Virus record (IMG/VR): IMGVR_UViG_3300020392_000004
Strand: one strand, 5' to 3'
Source of the DNA: a virus
DNA: 64,000 bases
Shown: positions 48,489 through 58,005 of the stretch, one piece after another
How positions within the stretch are numbered: position 1 is the first letter of the stretch
Layout of the letters: each line of letters starts with the position of its first letter
Program-made: the position numbers and the translations under genes
Notes under the pieces: model-generated
Database searches by the model: none
Told to the model about the DNA's origin: nothing
What the model saw: the letters and a program-made list of their open reading frames with translations, nothing else

Positions 48489-49208
48489 CTATTTGTTTCT
48501 TTGATTACCGATTGCGTCTGTATAAGATAATGTTAAAGGTAATAATTCTCTGATAGGTAAATCAATTGCAATTGTATTAACAGATATATTAGGGTCAATC
48601 AACATTGCAGTCAAAAATCTATGGTGACCGTCAATAATTGCATTGTCATTAGATATAATGAATATGTTTTTGTCACTTTTTAAAAACTTCAAACTATCTT
48701 TTAAATCATAGTCTGCAATATTCTTAAATGACTTGTCGAAATATATTTGTTTTTGTATGGGTTTCAAATTTTTTACTGCAACCTTTTTTGCACTTACAGT
48801 GACAATATCGTCCTTTGCATTACCGTCAAATCTAGGTAGACCACTTTTAACCCATGTCTTACCTGTATTCCTATCTAACCCCTGTGGGAAAGGTTCATCG
48901 GGAAGGTCGTTCTTTGCAAATGGAGCTCTTATATCTATAAGTCCATTTGATAATCTCTTTTGAAAATTCTTAACATCTGTATTATCAATTACGGGCATAT
49001 CTTTTCTTTTTGCAAACCCTTTTGCAGCTAGTTTTTTTGCCATTTCAAAATTCTTTTTGAATGACGGTATCATCTCTTCTATCTTTACACCCTTTGATTT
49101 TGCATGTTCTAAAGCCTTTTCATAGCTAGTTTTAACCAACTCTAGGGTTCCCGCAGCTGCACCACCACCCTCCATAACTGTTCTTATGTCTTTGATTAAT
49201 TTATCCAT
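48489..49208 (-). CDS. ParB/Srx-like domain protein
   Basis: LKPIQKQI, IIDGHHRF. Confidence 0.75.
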   Translation of the reverse strand: MDKLIKDIRTVMEGGGAAAGTLELVKTSYEKALEHAKSKGVKIEEMIPSFKKNFEMAKKLAAKGFAKRKDMPVIDNTDVKNFQKRLSNGLIDIRAPFAKNDLPDEPFPQGLDRNTGKTWVKSGLPRFDGNAKDDIVTVSAKKVAVKNLKPIQKQIYFDKSFKNIADYDLKDSLKFLKSDKNIFIISNDNAIIDGHHRFLTAMLIDPNISVNTIAIDLPIRELLPLTLSYTDAIGNQRNK

Positions 49209-49213
49209 AGAAC

Positions 49214-49221
49214 TATTTATA
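49214..49221 (-). promoter_or_regulatory. late promoter TATAAATA
   Basis: Exact consensus 5 nt before ATG. Confidence 0.75.
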
Positions 49222-50937
49222 TTATTCTGCTATTCTTGAGAAATTTTTGTATTTTTCAAACTTAATTACATTCTCAAATTTATCATATAAGATATCACCT
49301 TTATGAGATATAACAAATGCATTTGTATTCTCTGTAAGTGTGTTCAACATTTTCATGAACTCATCTGTTCCAGCAGCGTCTAATGAAGAATCAAACACCT
49401 CGTCTAGTATCAGTAGATTAGTATTTACAGAGTTCTTCATTCTTGCAACTGCTCTCCATGTGAATAGTAATGCAAGGTCAATCCTCATTTTCTCACCTTG
49501 AGAGAAGTTCTCATATTTGAATACATCTCTGAATCTAGATTTGATTGTTTCATCAAAACTTTCGTCTAGTTCAAACCCAACATAAAATTCTAATTGTGCA
49601 AGATACTTGTTAATTAGTTTATTCATGATAGGAACATATTGTTTTATTATCTTCTCTTTTACACCTTGGTCTCTTAATAGAAGAGTTGCAATTTCTAAAT
49701 AATGACCGTGTTCAGACAAGTGTTCTTTCTTTTTAACAAGTATTGATAAGTCGTCCTCTGCTTTTGTTAGGTCTTCATGTGTATCAGTATTACCTTCTTG
49801 TTCCTTTTCTAATGAATCTATTTCACCTTGTAGTTTCTTAATATACTTTTGATTAGATACAACCTCTGTCTGTAGTAAACCAATCTCTCTTTGTATTTCA
49901 GAAATCTCGTCTTGGATTATATTGATTCCTTGAATTCTTTCGTGGAGTTCTTTGATTTGTTGGTCGAGAGTTGACAACGCCTCCTTGACTTCTGCAACCT
50001 TCTGATTCTTTTCTTGAATGCATTTTTCTTTGTGTTCATGGTCTAGACCCTGTTTACATGTTGGACAGTTGTCGTGGTTTTCATAAAACTCAATGTCTGC
50101 AATTGCTTTCTTTCGAGCTCCTTCCAATTGTTTCTCCACCTCAATTGTTTGTTGCAATCTATCTTCCGTAGAAACTTTATCCTCGATACTGGATTTTTTC
50201 TCCACCACATTTTTCGTCTTTTCATCAACTTCTCCTAAAATTTTTGTTATATTGTTTTGGGTTTGCTCTATCGTTGATTCGAATTTAGAGATTTTTTCTT
50301 CTCTATTTTCACGGAGTGCATTAAGTTGAGAATTCAAACCATTGATTCTTTCTTCAAGTATTGCAATTTCATGTTGATTTTCTTTTATATCTAATGCATG
50401 ATTAGATTTCTTTTTTCTCAACAATTGCATCATGGTTGTAAATATGGTAATATCCAAAAGGTCTTCTACTAACTTTCTTCTATCTTTTGCTCTTAACTGC
50501 ATGAATGGAGTAAAGTTTGCAGAACCTAGGATTGCCACCTGTGTAAAAGAACGATAACTCATTTTGAGTATGTTAGATTCTAGGTGGTCTTGATAGTCAC
50601 GGACACTGGCGTCTTGGTTTACCATAATACCATTACACCATAACTCAAACTTATTAGGTTTGGTTCCACGGACTATCTTATAGTCTTTTTTCCCGATTGT
50701 AAAATCAAGTTCGACTAATAAATCTTTTTGATTAATAGAGTTTACAAGAAGGTCTTTCTTGAGGTTTCTGAATCCACGACCATACAATGCATAACATAAT
50801 GCATCTAATAGTGTGGATTTACCAGCACCATTCTCTCCCAATATAAGTGTAGTTTGGTGAGTGTTGAGTGGTATAGTTGTAAATCGGTTTCCCGAAGATA
50901 ACAAATTTTTGTATCTTACTTCTGTAAATTTTATCAT
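49222..50937 (-). CDS. gp46: recombination endonuclease ATPase subunit (gp46, SbcC/Rad50-like)
   Basis: GENGAGKST, CPTC hook, FSQGE, LDEVFD. Confidence 0.96.
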   Translation of the reverse strand: MIKFTEVRYKNLLSSGNRFTTIPLNTHQTTLILGENGAGKSTLLDALCYALYGRGFRNLKKDLLVNSINQKDLLVELDFTIGKKDYKIVRGTKPNKFELWCNGIMVNQDASVRDYQDHLESNILKMSYRSFTQVAILGSANFTPFMQLRAKDRRKLVEDLLDITIFTTMMQLLRKKKSNHALDIKENQHEIAILEERINGLNSQLNALRENREEKISKFESTIEQTQNNITKILGEVDEKTKNVVEKKSSIEDKVSTEDRLQQTIEVEKQLEGARKKAIADIEFYENHDNCPTCKQGLDHEHKEKCIQEKNQKVAEVKEALSTLDQQIKELHERIQGINIIQDEISEIQREIGLLQTEVVSNQKYIKKLQGEIDSLEKEQEGNTDTHEDLTKAEDDLSILVKKKEHLSEHGHYLEIATLLLRDQGVKEKIIKQYVPIMNKLINKYLAQLEFYVGFELDESFDETIKSRFRDVFKYENFSQGEKMRIDLALLFTWRAVARMKNSVNTNLLILDEVFDSSLDAAGTDEFMKMLNTLTENTNAFVISHKGDILYDKFENVIKFEKYKNFSRIAE

Positions 50938-52001
50938 AAAAATGTATGTTCGTCTAATGCTTCATTATACAATGTAGTCATTAAATCTGTAAGGGGTTTT
51001 TTCCTTCCCTGTATATCCATTTCTTCTACATATTTGTTTAGTATTGTTAAAGTGTCTTCCACATTTTCCACATCTGTATCGTCCATTAAGTCCATGTGTT
51101 TATGGTCGTCTACTACATTTAAGTGTAGAGGACTTGCAGAATGAATCTTATCTAAAAATGAATCGAACCAATATGGGTTGTCTTTATTAACTACTATAAC
51201 TTTTGTAAACTTTCCTGTGACATTACTATAATCTTTGTTTACTATAGTCTCAAAAGTTTCTTTTGTATCGTCATAGAATATTTTTTCAAAGATAGTAAGT
51301 GGATTTGGAACTGGAAGCATTTCTCTAGTGTCGGTATCAAAGATATGGAAGTATTTGTTATCTCCATAATCTGACCAAGTAAACTGCATTTGAGAACCTA
51401 GGTATTTGATATTTGCAAACTCTGACTTCTGATGAAAATGACCACTGTAAACCTTTTCATACCTACTAACATATGAATGGTCAAGACCATGTTGACATGT
51501 CATGCCTGGCAACATAAGAGCTCCCTCAAATTCAAAGTGACCCATACATATGGGTGCATTTGCAGACATAAGAAACTCAACTGAATCTGCATAGTTTTCT
51601 GAATTAATCCATGGGACAAGTGCAATATCTAAACCGTCATACTGTATCACTTCGGGTTCTTGTATGACATTTATATTATCTGATTCAAATAATAAAAGGT
51701 CGGGAGAGTTTACTTCATTTGTATTCTTAAAATAAGTATCATGATTACCTATAATCAAGTCCATGGATATACCATATTCTAACATAGGTTTGATAAAATG
51801 TTCTCTGTTTAATTTAAGAGTAGAAAAATTTATGTATTTTCTTCTATCAAAGTAATCACCCAAATGTAATATGTGTTTGATATTATGTTCATTTAGATAT
51901 GGAAAAAATATTTCATTATAAAAACGCCCTGCATAATCGGACATTGCTACCATATCACCACGGACACCTGCGTGTGTGTCGTTAAGTATTGCTATCTTCA
52001 T
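50934..52001 (-). CDS. gp47: recombination endonuclease nuclease subunit (gp47, SbcD/Mre11-like)
   Basis: DTH, GDYFD, GNHD, SGHFH. Confidence 0.95.
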   Translation of the reverse strand: MKIAILNDTHAGVRGDMVAMSDYAGRFYNEIFFPYLNEHNIKHILHLGDYFDRRKYINFSTLKLNREHFIKPMLEYGISMDLIIGNHDTYFKNTNEVNSPDLLLFESDNINVIQEPEVIQYDGLDIALVPWINSENYADSVEFLMSANAPICMGHFEFEGALMLPGMTCQHGLDHSYVSRYEKVYSGHFHQKSEFANIKYLGSQMQFTWSDYGDNKYFHIFDTDTREMLPVPNPLTIFEKIFYDDTKETFETIVNKDYSNVTGKFTKVIVVNKDNPYWFDSFLDKIHSASPLHLNVVDDHKHMDLMDDTDVENVEDTLTILNKYVEEMDIQGRKKPLTDLMTTLYNEALDEHTFL

Positions 52002-52549
52002 TCAGTAAATTTTTCTAAATTAGTCGATTCTTTTACCTTTTTAGTTCTCTTGGATTTCCTTGGTTCATATTCAACCCGATTCATGTTCTCTTGCATCCAT
52101 TCTACATTTGTATTGGTAAGAGTTGGGTCATGTTCACCGTCTATGGTTGTATATGCGTCCATAGTAATATTAGCTTCCTCTATAGATTTTTGTTTTATAA
52201 AAACCTGTTTCTTCTCCTTTTGAATTCTTCGAAGGAATGCATAATAGCATATCTGTGTGATATATGCAAACGCGTTATTTGATTTTTCTTGATTGAAATT
52301 ACCGATATATTGTATACAATTCTCGATTGCATCACATATCATTTCATCTCTGTATGTGTAATTAATAAAATTAGGTCTAGTCGATAATCGAGTAGCAATT
52401 TTATAGATACATTCACCAATGTATTCTGGCATTCTAGGTGGGGTTTTATCCTTTGATTCTGCGAGTTTACATGCTTGATTAAACTCGGAGACTGCTTGAG
52501 TGAACTCTTTGTTATTTACATAGTGTTCATTTTGTTTTTTAGTAGTCAT
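51998..52549 (-). CDS. gp55: late sigma factor (gp55-like)
   Basis: HYVNNKEF, NFINYTY, NAFAYITQI..AFLRRIQKEK. Confidence 0.96.
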   Translation of the reverse strand: MTTKKQNEHYVNNKEFTQAVSEFNQACKLAESKDKTPPRMPEYIGECIYKIATRLSTRPNFINYTYRDEMICDAIENCIQYIGNFNQEKSNNAFAYITQICYYAFLRRIQKEKKQVFIKQKSIEEANITMDAYTTIDGEHDPTLTNTNVEWMQENMNRVEYEPRKSKRTKKVKESTNLEKFTE

Positions 52550-52555
52550 GTATAC

Positions 52556-52584
52556 ATTATACCTAAAAAATCCAGTATTGTAAG
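52556..52584 (-). promoter_or_regulatory. sigma70-type promoter of gp55
   Basis: CTTACA-N17-TATAAT, 6 nt before ATG. Confidence 0.7.
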
Positions 52585-52598
52585 GGGGTTTTTAGTAT

Positions 52599-53174
52599 TT
52601 ATTTTTCGGAGTATTTTAAGTTGATTTTACTATGGTGTTGTTCGTCTGCACGAACTTTTTTGATTAGGTCTGATAATTTTGCTGTCTTTTTCATTTTATA
52701 GTAGTCAATTGCAATCTGTGGTGCTGGGACATTCTCTACTTCTCCAGTTTCCACCATGTGAAGGTATTCTGTATATGACTTTACTGCTTCTTCTTCAAAG
52801 TAATGAATCATTCTATGTGCAGTCTTGGGGAAGAACACATATAATATAAAGTAAAATATCCAAAAGATTCCTTGAGAAAATAAGACCAACCACCTTTCTA
52901 ATAGATTGGGTTTTGTGATTTCTATAAAGAACATGAGGTGCATTCTCTCATTCTCTGCCTCTGCAAGTAGTTCTCTTATCATTGGGCCGTATCCTGTCTC
53001 CATTTGACGAAGACTTTTTAAGTGAACCCACATACCAGCAACCATGCCTGGCACACCTGCGATAGTCTCTAGGACAACTGCTCTGTGTCCATATCTATGT
53101 GCAAAAAATGTATCTGCTATGAATCTGAAAAACTTTGTCATAAACAAAGCAAAAAAGTTTGAAATTTTTTTCAT
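52599..53174 (-). CDS. aox: alternative oxidase (ubiquinol oxidase)
   Basis: LETIAGVPGMV, EAENERMHL, FEEEAVKSY, RADEQHH di-iron motifs. Confidence 0.93.
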   Translation of the reverse strand: MKKISNFFALFMTKFFRFIADTFFAHRYGHRAVVLETIAGVPGMVAGMWVHLKSLRQMETGYGPMIRELLAEAENERMHLMFFIEITKPNLLERWLVLFSQGIFWIFYFILYVFFPKTAHRMIHYFEEEAVKSYTEYLHMVETGEVENVPAPQIAIDYYKMKKTAKLSDLIKKVRADEQHHSKINLKYSEK

Positions 53175-53231
53175 AAAGCCTCTTGTCAAATAGAAAATAT
53201 GTGATAAGATGAATATGTTCCCGAGAGGGTA

Positions 53232-53363
53232 TTAGCTATAAAGGGATTGATTCCTTATTATTGCAGATTTGATTTCTACACCCCGTCCCATTCTTTCTAT
53301 ATCTCCCGTAATCATATATGTAAACGACATTCCTATCATTCCATATAATATATATTGTTTCAT
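53232..53363 (-). CDS. small membrane peptide (43 aa)
   Basis: Manual translation; ATGA overlap with upstream ORF. Confidence 0.55.
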   Translation of the reverse strand: MKQYILYGMIGMSFTYMITGDIERMGRGVEIKSAIIRNQSLYS

Positions 53364-53434
53364 ACAAGACTCAATAGGAATATGAGTCCTATCTCCCAAG
53401 GTATAAGTATTGCAGCGTATATTATGTATTTCAT
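53360..53434 (-). CDS. hydrophobic micropeptide (24 aa)
   Basis: MKYIIYAAILIPWEIGLIFLLSLV; ATGA overlaps at both ends. Confidence 0.55.
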   Translation of the reverse strand: MKYIIYAAILIPWEIGLIFLLSLV

Positions 53435-53715
53435 GAGAAATATGATTGATTGAATAACATGACTGCAGCCATAAAACCTAATGCAGACATCTGAACGATA
53501 ACTGCAATCGTGACAAACATTAGTTGTCTTTCACCCCACCAGTGTAGTTCTTTCTCTTGCCATTCGTTGAACTCTTCGGGTGTTGCGTCTCGTGGTTTGA
53601 AATGGAGTTCTAATTGTTGCTCATATCCTCTCCCCGACATTACATCAGCTGCATCGTCTACGGCAGAGGGAACTGTTTTCCATCTTTTCCAAACTTGGTC
53701 ATATTCTTGTTTCAT
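53431..53715 (-). CDS. small membrane protein (94 aa)
   Basis: C-terminal TM; ATGA overlaps at both ends. Confidence 0.7.
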   Translation of the reverse strand: MKQEYDQVWKRWKTVPSAVDDAADVMSGRGYEQQLELHFKPRDATPEEFNEWQEKELHWWGERQLMFVTIAVIVQMSALGFMAAVMLFNQSYFS

Positions 53716-53813
53716 ACTTGTGGTGTTATTGCAAATAGAGAAAGACAAAAGATAGCAACCAACGCTGTGAGTTCGAGGCTATCTCTTATCTTTGTTCTAT
53801 CCTTATCGGACAT
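53712..53813 (-). CDS. membrane micropeptide (33 aa)
   Basis: MSDKDRTKIRDSLELTALVAIFCLSLFAITPQV; TAATG and ATGA overlaps. Confidence 0.6.
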   Translation of the reverse strand: MSDKDRTKIRDSLELTALVAIFCLSLFAITPQV

Positions 53814-53983
53814 TAAATACTCCAGCCTGACAGTATCATAATGCCAAAAGGTAATAATATGGGAAGAGTCAACAGTGTTAGAAATTCTACTGCTTCTATC
53901 AACATTGATATTATCTTTGTATCAATAATGTTTTCGATTCTCACCACCATGCTCTTCACAATCTCTAAAATTGTTGCGGTCAT
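53813..53983 (-). CDS. small membrane protein (56 aa)
   Basis: AGGA SD; MTATILE...VEFLTLLTLPILLPFGIMIL. Confidence 0.6.
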   Translation of the reverse strand: MTATILEIVKSMVVRIENIIDTKIISMLIEAVEFLTLLTLPILLPFGIMILSGWSI

Positions 53984-54081
53984 GGTTTTCCTAAAATTAG
54001 TTATAAAGAAGACTTATGATGTATTATAATCATAAATTATCCGTAGTATATATATGATTCAAAAGTCTAACAAAAATATTT

Positions 54082-54606
54082 CTAATGAATTTTTTTCTTG
54101 TCTGTTGGGACAACCGAAGATTCGAAATCTGCAAAAGCTTCATCGTCTATATTCCATTCTTCTTCTTCAATTCTCTTCAACATTCTTTCTTCTCTTTCAG
54201 TGATTGGGCCACCCGTTGCATTCATGAGTTCGTCTATGACTCTTCTCACATAATCTTTATGAGCTGTTTTTGGATTCGTCACCAAAGGTATCTTTTTATT
54301 CTCAACCATGTCAAACCATTTTGAACTTGCCTCGTCATAGTGTTCTACAAACTGTGTGTTCATAGCATTTCTATGTGCAATTAAATCTTTTGGTATTATG
54401 ACTGTTGGGTCTGAACTCAAAGGTGAGTAGGGGTAAAAAGTAGCAAGAGTTGCACTTCTGTCGGGAACAACTTCTAATTGACATATCATAGGTAAAGTTA
54501 TCTCAACACCATCGTGGGTGTCTCTAACCATTCCTACTATTTCGGAACCAGTTCTTAATTTAAGAACTTCGTATCTTTGTGGTATTAAATCTTTAGGTGC
54601 TGTCAT
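54082..54606 (-). CDS. conserved hypothetical protein downstream of uvsW (Sm-like)
   Basis: VLKLRTGSEIVG motif; ends KKKIH. Confidence 0.75.
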   Translation of the reverse strand: MTAPKDLIPQRYEVLKLRTGSEIVGMVRDTHDGVEITLPMICQLEVVPDRSATLATFYPYSPLSSDPTVIIPKDLIAHRNAMNTQFVEHYDEASSKWFDMVENKKIPLVTNPKTAHKDYVRRVIDELMNATGGPITEREERMLKRIEEEEWNIDDEAFADFESSVVPTDKKKIH

Positions 54607-56008
54607 TTAAGTCGAATTGTTTTATTTCGTATGGAAATCTTTCCTCGTTGTATATATTTATACGGTCTTTGAGGTGACGCAGAGTGTAATTATCACATTG
54701 TAAATCATCTGCAATATCAAATAACCTCATAGAATCTTTTCCTTCTGTCTTTCGAAGACCTCGACCTATTGATTGTAAGTTTCTTATTTTAGATTTAGAC
54801 GGACTTGCAAATACAATATTATCTATTCTCTTTATATTTACACCTGTAGAAAATGTTCCGTAAGAAGCCAATATAACATTATCATCTGACTTCTCTACTA
54901 ATTCTCTAACCTTCTCTCTATCTTCTGTATCTGTTCCACCATAAACATAATGCAAATCTTTTACTCTGCCGTCTAACAAGGGATATAAGACCTCTCCATG
55001 TTTCTCTACATATTGAAACAATACTAATGAATTACCTTTAAGACTTGCAACTAAATTAGTTATAAACATATTTCTATGTTCACTGGAAACAAGATAGTCC
55101 ATTTCTTCTTGGTATGACATAGTATGACACTTTTTATGTTTTAATATTATGCAGTGTATGTCTATGTCTGCAATAGTTCCTTCGTCCATAAGTTGTTTCG
55201 AAGATATAACTTTTTTGACTGGGCCAAACATTCCTTCAAGTTGCAATCTATGACATTCAGAACCGTCTAGTGTTCCTGTAGTTCCAAATCTGATTGCAGT
55301 CTTCTTCATTTTTTCGAGGATTCCTTTGAGGACATTTGCTTTGAAGAGGTGGGCTTCGTCTCCGAAGACAACATCGAAACTTTCCAAGACATTTTTAGGA
55401 GCCTTACTAAATGACTGCCATGTCGTAATCGTAATATCTGCATCAAATACAGGCTGACCCGAATAAATTTTACAAATCTTTTTATCATATCCATATTCTT
55501 CAAAATCCTTTGCCATTTGTTCCACCAGTGAAGTTGTAGGAACTATAATAACAGTTTTCTTGTTGTAATATCTTGCAAGTAAATAAATGATTAGTGACTT
55601 ACCACTTGCAGTTGGTGAGAGTAATAGTTGTCTACCATATTGCACGGCAGTTCTAAATGCATCTAATTGATAGTCTCTAGGTTCAAAAGGTAATCCTAGT
55701 TCTTGTATGAAGTTCTCATCAGGTTGTCTTTCTTTCTCTCCTATAATATCATTTATACCTATGATATCATATCCTCTTTCTCTACAGAACTCGTCTACAT
55801 ATGGAAGTAATCCAATGTATATTTTATTTGTTTTGATAGAAAAGAGTCTAACTTTACCGTCCCAATATCTATGTTTTACCGAAGGCATGAATTTTGCATT
55901 TGGAACTGTAAACGAAAAGAAATCATGAAGGTCTTTTGCCAGACCGTCATCACATTGAACTTGCATGAAGACTTCGTCAATCTTCTTGAGAATTATTTCA
56001 GAGGCCAT
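54593..56008 (-). CDS. uvsW: RNA-DNA/DNA-DNA helicase UvsW
   Basis: WDGKVRLF, SPTASGKS, DEAH, QSIGRGLR. Confidence 0.96.
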   Translation of the reverse strand: MASEIILKKIDEVFMQVQCDDGLAKDLHDFFSFTVPNAKFMPSVKHRYWDGKVRLFSIKTNKIYIGLLPYVDEFCRERGYDIIGINDIIGEKERQPDENFIQELGLPFEPRDYQLDAFRTAVQYGRQLLLSPTASGKSLIIYLLARYYNKKTVIIVPTTSLVEQMAKDFEEYGYDKKICKIYSGQPVFDADITITTWQSFSKAPKNVLESFDVVFGDEAHLFKANVLKGILEKMKKTAIRFGTTGTLDGSECHRLQLEGMFGPVKKVISSKQLMDEGTIADIDIHCIILKHKKCHTMSYQEEMDYLVSSEHRNMFITNLVASLKGNSLVLFQYVEKHGEVLYPLLDGRVKDLHYVYGGTDTEDREKVRELVEKSDDNVILASYGTFSTGVNIKRIDNIVFASPSKSKIRNLQSIGRGLRKTEGKDSMRLFDIADDLQCDNYTLRHLKDRINIYNEERFPYEIKQFDLNDST

Positions 56009-56673
56009 CCTGTATTCCATATCACTAGAGATTGTCTAACTCCTCTAGTCACGGGTGTCACTTGGTGGTGCAACCATGAAGGAAACACCAAGAGAGAACC
56101 AATCTCTTTTCCACTGAAAGGTGCAGTCTGAACAAGGTCGTCTGCACTTATGTTTTGTGATTGAAACTTTAAATTATCAAAAGGTTTACAATGTTCTATC
56201 CATTGAAAATGTCCACCTTCATAATCGTTTGGGTCTGATAATTGAATTGAAGCAGATAGTTTTCTTATCTGACCATTTGGATATGGTTCTGCACCTGCGT
56301 CTGTATGCCATGTATAGAAATCACCTGTAGGTAAATCGGGTTGGTGTTTATAATATGTGTATTGCCATGTCTCCATATCATTTACATCATAGTTCCAACC
56401 TGACATTTTATTTGCAGCCATCATACCGTCAAAAATTTTCTTTTTGAGTTCTTGATTAAACTCGGGGTCGTTATGGTCTAACCATTTGTTTGTTGATTGT
56501 CTTATCTTATTATCTGTATTACCGTCTGTATTACCAGCTGCGTCTTGGTCTTTAGACTTGAATCCTATTCTTGCGTCTATTGTTTCAAGTCTACTTGCAT
56601 ATCCATGAATGTAATCTATATCTTCTCTTGATAGGAAGTTTGGTGTTATACTACAGTAAGTATTATAAAGCAT
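55993..56673 (-). CDS. 2OG-Fe(II) oxygenase (PKHD-type hydroxylase)
   Basis: YTWHTD, RKLS, YEGG, FPSWLHHQVTPVTRGVRQSLV. Confidence 0.9.
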   Translation of the reverse strand: MLYNTYCSITPNFLSREDIDYIHGYASRLETIDARIGFKSKDQDAAGNTDGNTDNKIRQSTNKWLDHNDPEFNQELKKKIFDGMMAANKMSGWNYDVNDMETWQYTYYKHQPDLPTGDFYTWHTDAGAEPYPNGQIRKLSASIQLSDPNDYEGGHFQWIEHCKPFDNLKFQSQNISADDLVQTAPFSGKEIGSLLVFPSWLHHQVTPVTRGVRQSLVIWNTGWPLK

Positions 56674-57116
56674 TATGAACCCGCCATGAACTTTCTCCAA
56701 TCGATTGTATTCTTAATCGTTTGGTGTCTCCAAGTGATATTTTGCATACACTCTTTTAGAAAATTAATTTTAATATTCACAAGTTCTAATGACGCAGAAA
56801 CTTTTTGTAAATCTATATCTGCATTGAAAAATATTTGCATATCATTCTTCATAATTTTTAGACCGTCAAAAGGGTCGGGATTCCACCCTTTCTCTTTAAT
56901 TGTATCATCGTCCATTTTACCATTGAAATATAACCACTTGTCTTTGAGTAAAGTGTTATATTGAAATTGTAGATTTTTCTGTGCGATTACAGCGTCTGTT
57001 AGGTATTCTGAATATTTTGCATGAAGTTTTGGAACCTCAAGTGAAGATTTATCTAGTTCGATATCGTCAATTTCACAATCAACTTTCCATTCTGCTTTCA
57101 AATCATCTAATGTCAT
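56673..57116 (-). CDS. uvsY: recombination mediator UvsY
   Basis: D.EID..ELD..SL..PKLHAKY; IKNTIDWRKF; position. Confidence 0.9.
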   Translation of the reverse strand: MTLDDLKAEWKVDCEIDDIELDKSSLEVPKLHAKYSEYLTDAVIAQKNLQFQYNTLLKDKWLYFNGKMDDDTIKEKGWNPDPFDGLKIMKNDMQIFFNADIDLQKVSASLELVNIKINFLKECMQNITWRHQTIKNTIDWRKFMAGS

Positions 57117-57144
57117 AATATAATTATATCACAAAATGTGATAT

Positions 57145-57681
57145 TTAACTAGTGGATTCTATGTCGTAATATGTAAATCTAAACTCCACAGTTGCAACAA
57201 CGGTTTCACCGTCTGCACCTGATTCTAATTCTATACCACTTAAGGATATAGGGAATGCATCGTGGAATCTAAAGTATTTATTTGCAATATTTTTATTAGT
57301 GTTTGTCACCAATGTTATATCTGAATACTGAACCAAGTCATTATCAATGGAACTTGATACATTTGTTTCAGTCTTTTTTGCACTTACATAATTTGCAAAA
57401 CTTTGTGGGTCTGAAACTGGAACAATAGAATCCATCCAGTCAAATATCTCTTTGAAGTTTTGTAAATCTTCGTCAACTAAAAATGATACATTCAATGTTT
57501 CAAACGAAACTTTGTCGCCTGGAAAGAATGCATCTAAACCAATACCAGCAGCTGCAACAGTTTCAGAAAACTGAAGGCCTGGAATGTTTACAGTCTTCAC
57601 AAAGAACTCAACATTTGGAACTTTGTCTATAAGAAGTCTGAAATTATTCTTACTTAATAGTGATTTATTAATAGTTGTCAT
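57145..57681 (-). CDS. gp3: tail completion / sheath stabilizer (gp3-like)
   Basis: NVEFF...NIPG, PGDKVSF, FLVDEDL, FPISLS. Confidence 0.88.
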   Translation of the reverse strand: MTTINKSLLSKNNFRLLIDKVPNVEFFVKTVNIPGLQFSETVAAAGIGLDAFFPGDKVSFETLNVSFLVDEDLQNFKEIFDWMDSIVPVSDPQSFANYVSAKKTETNVSSSIDNDLVQYSDITLVTNTNKNIANKYFRFHDAFPISLSGIELESGADGETVVATVEFRFTYYDIESTS

Positions 57682-57694
57682 ATAACTATTTAGG

Positions 57695-57910
57695 TTATTT
57701 CTCGTTTACAAATTCATTGAGTTGTCTTGCAACTGCAATTACTTCTTCGGTTGACACAAATTGGTCACCATAAGGTTTTCTATCATTTGGGAAGTTATTG
57801 TTGTGTTCAACAACTGCCTCGTTATTACGATAGATATTACCTTCTAGTAATCCTTGTGCTTGGTTTAGTAATTCGGCTCTGATTTCGAACCCTGATTTTC
57901 CGTTTGACAT
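57695..57910 (-). CDS. conserved hypothetical protein
   Basis: GFEIRAELL..A...; EEVIAVARQLNEFV; GGAGG SD. Confidence 0.8.
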   Translation of the reverse strand: MSNGKSGFEIRAELLNQAQGLLEGNIYRNNEAVVEHNNNFPNDRKPYGDQFVSTEEVIAVARQLNEFVNEK

Positions 57911-57957
57911 AATTTCCTCCTGTGTGTTTGTGTGTTAATGTCCTTATATTTATAGCT

Positions 57958-57986
57958 AAAAAAAACCCTCCGATTGGAGGGTTTTT
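57958..57986 (-). terminator. rho-independent terminator after major capsid gene
   Basis: AAAAACCCUCC-AAUC-GGAGGGUUUUUUUU. Confidence 0.9.
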
Positions 57987-58005
57987 CTTTCGAAACTTAA
58001 TTCGA

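Noticed and set aside
52599-53174. PTOX / cyanophage assignment
   Set aside because: Motifs are AOX-type and the window has no photosynthesis genes; the host cannot be fixed from this window
1503-55503. Short nested minus-strand ORFs in alternative frames (e.g. 3095-3478, 13615-13905, 44700-44948)
   Set aside because: They lie inside conserved genes with no SD, promoter or motif support
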